This document shows positions 63,201 to 64,000 of a DNA stretch of 64,000 nt, piece after piece (position 1 is the first letter of the stretch; the number at the start of each line of letters is the position of its first letter). Below the pieces are notes generated by a model. It saw only the letters and a program-made list of their open reading frames with translations. It ran no database searches and was not told the DNA's origin. This DNA is from Blepharisma stoltei ATCC 30299 (taxonomy: Eukaryota > Protista > Ciliophora). A program made the translations under genes and the position numbers. The stretch spans positions 1-64,000 of the forward strand of contig CBFDEM010000045.1 of assembly GCA_965603825.1 (NCBI GenBank), written 5' to 3'.

Positions 63201-63620
63201 TCCATAGATTTTGGCAAAATTTATTGCAAAATCGCGGTATTGACTAAATGAATAGTCGGTATAGAAAACATAAGGTAAAGAATTTTCTGGTGTATTGCCA
63301 TAAATGAAGTGTATGAACCCATATTCTATTGCGTATTGGCTTACTAATGAAGACATGCTAAGAGACCAAGTTGAGTCATATACAAATAAATAGTCAGAAT
63401 TTGAAAAAGCTTGCTCTATATCTGAAACACCATTGATTTCAATAGCTTGATATTGATAAGGCCTAGATAAGTCGCAGCCTGCTAAATTGTTTAATGAGCA
63501 ATCCAAAGTCTTTACAAAATAGTCAATAATTCAGGTATCAGTGTTTTGACTATATAAAATAGGAATTGTAAAAATCTGACTCTTAACAGAGTATAGGAGC
63601 AGGCAAAAAAAAATAATCAT
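60293..63620 (-). pseudogene. Tandem Venus-flytrap multi-pass receptor, copy 6, disrupted by a ~100-nt deletion and frameshift at about 60755-60790 (pseudogene or assembly error)
   Basis: Open from ATG 63620 (MIIFFCLLLYSVKSQ) with TGA=Trp through 'QDCSTFCWKDKHIYYVVLSS', then a C10 run and TAA at 60758-60756. The homologous 'ILYTVVYPASEY...PFNYDRASMW...LFRFQLS' continues in another frame to TAA 60295-60293. Confidence 0.8.
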
Positions 63621-64000
63621 TCAAAAGGAATAATAAATTATTAAATTAATTGCCAAAATTGTATTCAAAGAAAAGCTAAGCATAATTTTGAGTAAAATTT
63701 TAAAGAATTTGAAACAAAAGTATTTAGACATGCTAGAAATAATTTGGTGAAATTTATTAATCGTTTTAGAAAAAAATCGAATAATTATAATAATAGCAAA
63801 TAAAATAATAGAAAATTTTGAATATAAAGGATTGAATTATTAAGAATTAAAATTAATTTCTAATACATCAATTGAATTCTTTAAAAACATAATTATTGAT
63901 TATTTTATATCAAATATAGCCTATTGGATCTTTTTGGTCACAAGTTAAATAGCTTAGTAGCATAGCCAGTCTCCTATTACAGCAGTCTTCTATCTGAAAA

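Noticed and set aside
3104-63620. Selenocysteine or Cys reading of TGA, or a mycoplasma/mitochondrial origin
   Set aside because: TGA alternates with TGG, not TGY, in repeats and paralogues. The telomere, spliceosomal intron and TFIIF show a nuclear eukaryotic source.

Overview
This window is the left end of a telomere-capped eukaryotic chromosome, not a prokaryotic sequence. Three things point to the macronuclear genome of a heterotrich ciliate, most likely Blepharisma: about 1.77 kb of (CCCTAACA)n telomere, in-frame TGA read as Trp with TAA/TAG as stops, and a 15-nt GT..AG intron. The supplied ORF track therefore breaks most genes at TGA codons. Re-read with TGA=Trp, the window holds: (i) a very compact block of six genes at 2.3-9.3 kb (TFIIF-beta, an ODR-4 homologue, three coiled-coil proteins, a UPF0658-like membrane protein); (ii) a subtelomeric family of about 1150-aa receptor-like proteins with a signal peptide, two tandem Venus-flytrap (ANF-receptor-like) domains and 8-9 TM segments, present as five intact tandem copies, a sixth disrupted copy and three decayed remnants; (iii) a P2C Na+/K+-type ATPase alpha subunit with a modified third Na+ site; (iv) a single uninterrupted 24,039-nt ORF encoding an 8012-aa secreted, probably GPI-anchored surface protein built from 11 diverged ~600-aa super-repeats. 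All frames were read by hand and no database searches were run, so family names come from motif recognition.
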